A DNA stretch of 64,000 nucleotides. Source: Azolla caroliniana. Lineage: Eukaryota; Plantae; Polypodiophyta. Positions 61,083 to 64,000 of the stretch are shown in pieces. The position numbers were made by a program, and so were the translations under genes. Each line of letters starts with the position of its first letter. The stretch's first letter is position 1. The notes beneath the pieces were generated by a model. That model did not search any database, was not told where the DNA came from, and saw nothing but the letters and a program-made list of their open reading frames with translations. The stretch covers positions 21,204,001 to 21,268,000 of the forward strand of contig JBHGNT010000011.1 of NCBI GenBank assembly GCA_043228905.1, given 5' to 3'.

Positions 61083-64000
61083 TGTTGGAAGCAATGTCGT
61101 CTGTGCGGAAGATCGAGAAGCACTCGATTCCTGTTTATTCCCTGTGTATGACAGAATGTAGGTCGTTGCACAGAGAGAGAGAGAGAGAGAGAGACACAAA
61201 AGTACTTCTTATTTCATAAAGCAACAATACAACAACCAACCTCACAAAGAGGTTACAAGGTCACTATATATAGTGACCGACTTAGGGCAACTACCCTTTA
61301 TGCTAATTACATAAATGGCCGAGACGGGATGGTGTGAATACGTCCATTATACACATGTATTCGACACTCCCCCGTAATGGGCGTATACATGGGTTATCTA
61401 AGATTACAGGTATAGACTTAGGTTCTCGGACATATCAGCTTTGTTCGAGTCGGCAGGATCCGAAGACAGAAGACCGAACTGGTCGGGTCGGAACAGTTGA
61501 AGCCGATCATTAAGGAGCTGATGTCGGTTGTCGGGAACCATCCTGCTCTGTGTCCGGCTCTAACCGGACTGGTTTGTCGTTACGCCCATCTGATGCCGAA
61601 GAGACCGAAAACGGTCTGCCGAGAGACATTTGGTCATTCCATCTGCGACATTATCGGTTGTAGATATTTTCTCTAGACCGATTTTCCCTGAAATGACGCA
61701 GTCCCGAACGAAGTGATATCGAACGTCGATATGTTTGGAGGCGTTGTGGTGAACCGGATTTTTCGACAAGGCAACAGCACCTTGACTGTCGCTGTAGACA
61801 ACTGGAGCCGAGTCATGTTCGACTTGTCGAAACGTGTGCGCCAGCCGACCGAGCCACAAAGCTTCTTTTGCCGCGTCGGACGCAGCTACATATTCTGCTT
61901 CGGTCGTTGAGGTCGCTGTGCACTCCTGAAGTTTCGACTTCCACGAGATTGCTCCATTGCCGAATTTGAAGCAGTATCCGGTTGTTGATTTCCGACTGTC
62001 TATACAGCCGGCGAAGTCCGAGTCGGTGTAACCGACTACGCCTGAGGTTCGGTTCGGTCCGAAAAGAATGCCATGGTCTTTTGTGCCAACCAGATATCTG
62101 AACACATGCTTGACTGCGTTCCAATGCGATCGGCCAGGGTTGTGCATAAATCTGCTAACGACTCCTACGGCATGAGAGATATCAGGCCGTGTCGCGACCA
62201 TCAGGTACATAAGGGAGCCATCTGCCGGTGCATACGGTACCGACTTCATATCTTCCCCCTCCGAACCGGATGTCGGGCAGTCTCGCTGAGAGAGCCGAAG
62301 ATTCATGGGGAGCGGGGTTGAAGCAGATTTGGCTGATTGCATGTTGAAGCGTTCCAAGACACGTCCGATATAGTCGGTCTGAGACAAAAAAAGATGTCGT
62401 TTATCGCGATGCCGACTAATTTTCATGCCAAGGATGTGTCGTGCCGGACCGAGGTCCTTCATGGCAAACTTCAACCGCAGTTGCCGAACTAGATCGGAAA
62501 GTTCGCCCGCGTGGCGTCCAGAAATTAGCATGTCGTCCACGTAAATGATGAGGAAGATGGGTGATCCATCTCGAGCTGTGTTGGTGAAGAGACAATGGTC
62601 CTCATTGCTTTTGGAGAAGCCGATTGATTGGATGAAGTCGTCGAACTTCTTGTACCATTGTCGCGGTGCCTGTTTGAGGCCGTATAGACTCTTCCTGAGT
62701 CGGCAGACTAGATGTTCTTGGCCAGTTGCCACGAAGCCTTTTGGCTGCTCCATATAAATTTCCTCCTCGAGATCACCATGGAGGAAGGCTGTTTTGACAT
62801 CTAGCTGAATCAGCTCCAAGTTGTCGGCTGCCACGACGCCGAGCAGAAGACGAAGGGTTGTCATTTTCACCACTGGTGAAAAAATCTCGTCGAAGTCGAC
62901 GCCATATTCTTGTCGGAAGCCCTTCGCAACTAATCTGGCCTTGTACTTTGGGGTGGTCGAATCAGACGTCTCTTTTAGTCGATAAACCCACTTGCAAGGA
63001 AGAGCACGTCGGTTCCTAGGTAATTCGACCAGATCCCAAGTCTTGTTTGCCCGGATGGAGTGCATTTCCGACTCCATCGCCAGATGCCAGGTGGCCGAAT
63101 CGACAGATGTCGATGCTTCTTCGTAAGACGTCGGTTCGCCGGCGTCGGTGAAGAAAATTCCAGGAGAATACCTCTCCGGAGGTTGCGACAGTCTCTCGGA
63201 TCGTCGAGGTATGATTGGACTGGTCGCATCGGGTATCGTGGTCGGATGGTCCGAAACCGAATCATTCGGCTGTGCCGAGTCAGAGTTGTCCGAGTCGGTA
63301 GTATAAGGTTCAGCTACCCGTGAAGCTGACCGTGTGTTGAGAGCGGGGCCTTCTTGAAGGGTCGGCACATCGGAGAATGTTACCCTTCGGACTTCGATCG
63401 GTTTGTCGACCGATGGATTCATAGCCGACTCGTTGAACACAACGTCCGAACTTCGAACGATTTGTCTGCGTTCGGGGTCCCAGAGTCGGTATCCCATTTC
63501 GCCGTCTGATCCATATCCAAGGAAAATGCATTTCCTGGACCGAGGTGCAAGTTTTCGGCGATCATCTTTCGGAATAAGGGCGTACGCCTCGCATCCGAAG
63601 ATCCTCAGCTTGTCGTAATTCGGCTTGCTGCCGATCCATAATTCCTGAGGAATTTGAAGTCCTAGAGGTCTACTTGGCGACATATTGATTATGTGTACTG
63701 CCGTGAGTAGAGCCTCTGCCCAGAAGCCATCCGACAGTCCGGAGTGTTGGAGCATGGAAACTGTCCGTTCTTGGATTGTCCGATTCATTCGTTCTGCAAT
63801 CCCGTTTTGCTCCGGACTGTGTGGTGCCGTAAGTTCACGTCGGATGCCGCGTTGTCGGCAGAATTTGACGAATTCTTCGGATTTAAACTCTCCCCCGTTG
63901 TCGGTTCGAAAGCATTTCAGCTTTCGGTCGGTTTGATTTTCCACCATAGCGAGCCAATCGGTGAAGATCGAGAAGGCACGATCTTTGGTGCGAATTGGAT
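61083..64000 (-). mobile_element. copia C3 (C1 family), 3' part; 3' LTR 61083-61366; runs off the window
   Basis: Reverse complement of the C1 3' half. Confidence 0.96.
61560..64000 (-). CDS. C3 polyprotein, partial (INT-RT-RNase H)
   Basis: Open frame; translation matches C1 except AVGSLMY>ADGSLMY. Confidence 0.93.
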   Translation of the reverse strand, partial: PIRTKDRAFSIFTDWLAMVENQTDRKLKCFRTDNGGEFKSEEFVKFCRQRGIRRELTAPHSPEQNGIAERMNRTIQERTVSMLQHSGLSDGFWAEALLTAVHIINMSPSRPLGLQIPQELWIGSKPNYDKLRIFGCEAYALIPKDDRRKLAPRSRKCIFLGYGSDGEMGYRLWDPERRQIVRSSDVVFNESAMNPSVDKPIEVRRVTFSDVPTLQEGPALNTRSASRVAEPYTTDSDNSDSAQPNDSVSDHPTTIPDATSPIIPRRSERLSQPPERYSPGIFFTDAGEPTSYEEASTSVDSATWHLAMESEMHSIRANKTWDLVELPRNRRALPCKWVYRLKETSDSTTPKYKARLVAKGFRQEYGVDFDEIFSPVVKMTTLRLLLGVVAADNLELIQLDVKTAFLHGDLEEEIYMEQPKGFVATGQEHLVCRLRKSLYGLKQAPRQWYKKFDDFIQSIGFSKSNEDHCLFTNTARDGSPIFLIIYVDDMLISGRHAGELSDLVRQLRLKFAMKDLGPARHILGMKISRHRDKRHLFLSQTDYIGRVLERFNMQSAKSASTPLPMNLRLSQRDCPTSGSEGEDMKSVPYAPADGSLMYLMVATRPDISHAVGVVSRFMHNPGRSHWNAVKHVFRYLVGTKDHGILFGPNRTSGVVGYTDSDFAGCIDSRKSTTGYCFKFGNGAISWKSKLQECTATSTTEAEYVAASDAAKEALWLGRLAHTFRQVEHDSAPVVYSDSQGAVALSKNPVHHNASKHIDVRYHFVRDCVISGKIGLEKISTTDNVADGMTKCLSADRFRSLRHQMGVTTNQSG

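Overview
No cellular gene is recognisable. After ~5.9 kb of AT-rich, degenerate DNA, the window is one deeply nested LTR-retrotransposon island from a plant genome. A non-seed land plant is my inference from the plant tRNA primer sites, CG/CHG decay and element types. I resolve about 16 insertions by LTR, PBS, PPT and TSD. (i) A Ty3/gypsy family primed by tRNA-Trp ('TW'; seven insertions, all on the minus strand): two near-intact copies (A 9829-17130, B 46455-57118), remnants, a solo LTR, and a pol-less Gag-only relative (D 32486-41814). (ii) Two degenerate Athila-like gypsy elements with Arg-type PBS (G, I). (iii) Several Ty1/copia elements (J, K, H, a solo LTR, and three near-identical copies C1/C2/C3, with C1 fully intact). 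Nesting reaches seven levels (J>K>E>G>I>B>C2). The most interesting signals belong to the TW system: 4-bp TSDs centred on CpG; a -1 frameshift after the protease with a predicted pseudoknot; covarying RNA hairpins at the PPT and PBS shared with the non-autonomous partner; and a Gag fused to a ~700-aa acidic repeat tail. Also notable are a copia insertion that splits B into two intact cistrons, and a scrambled copia whose deletion breakpoint matches a dinucleotide change in its sister copy. All coordinates and counts were read by eye; no searches or folding programs were run.
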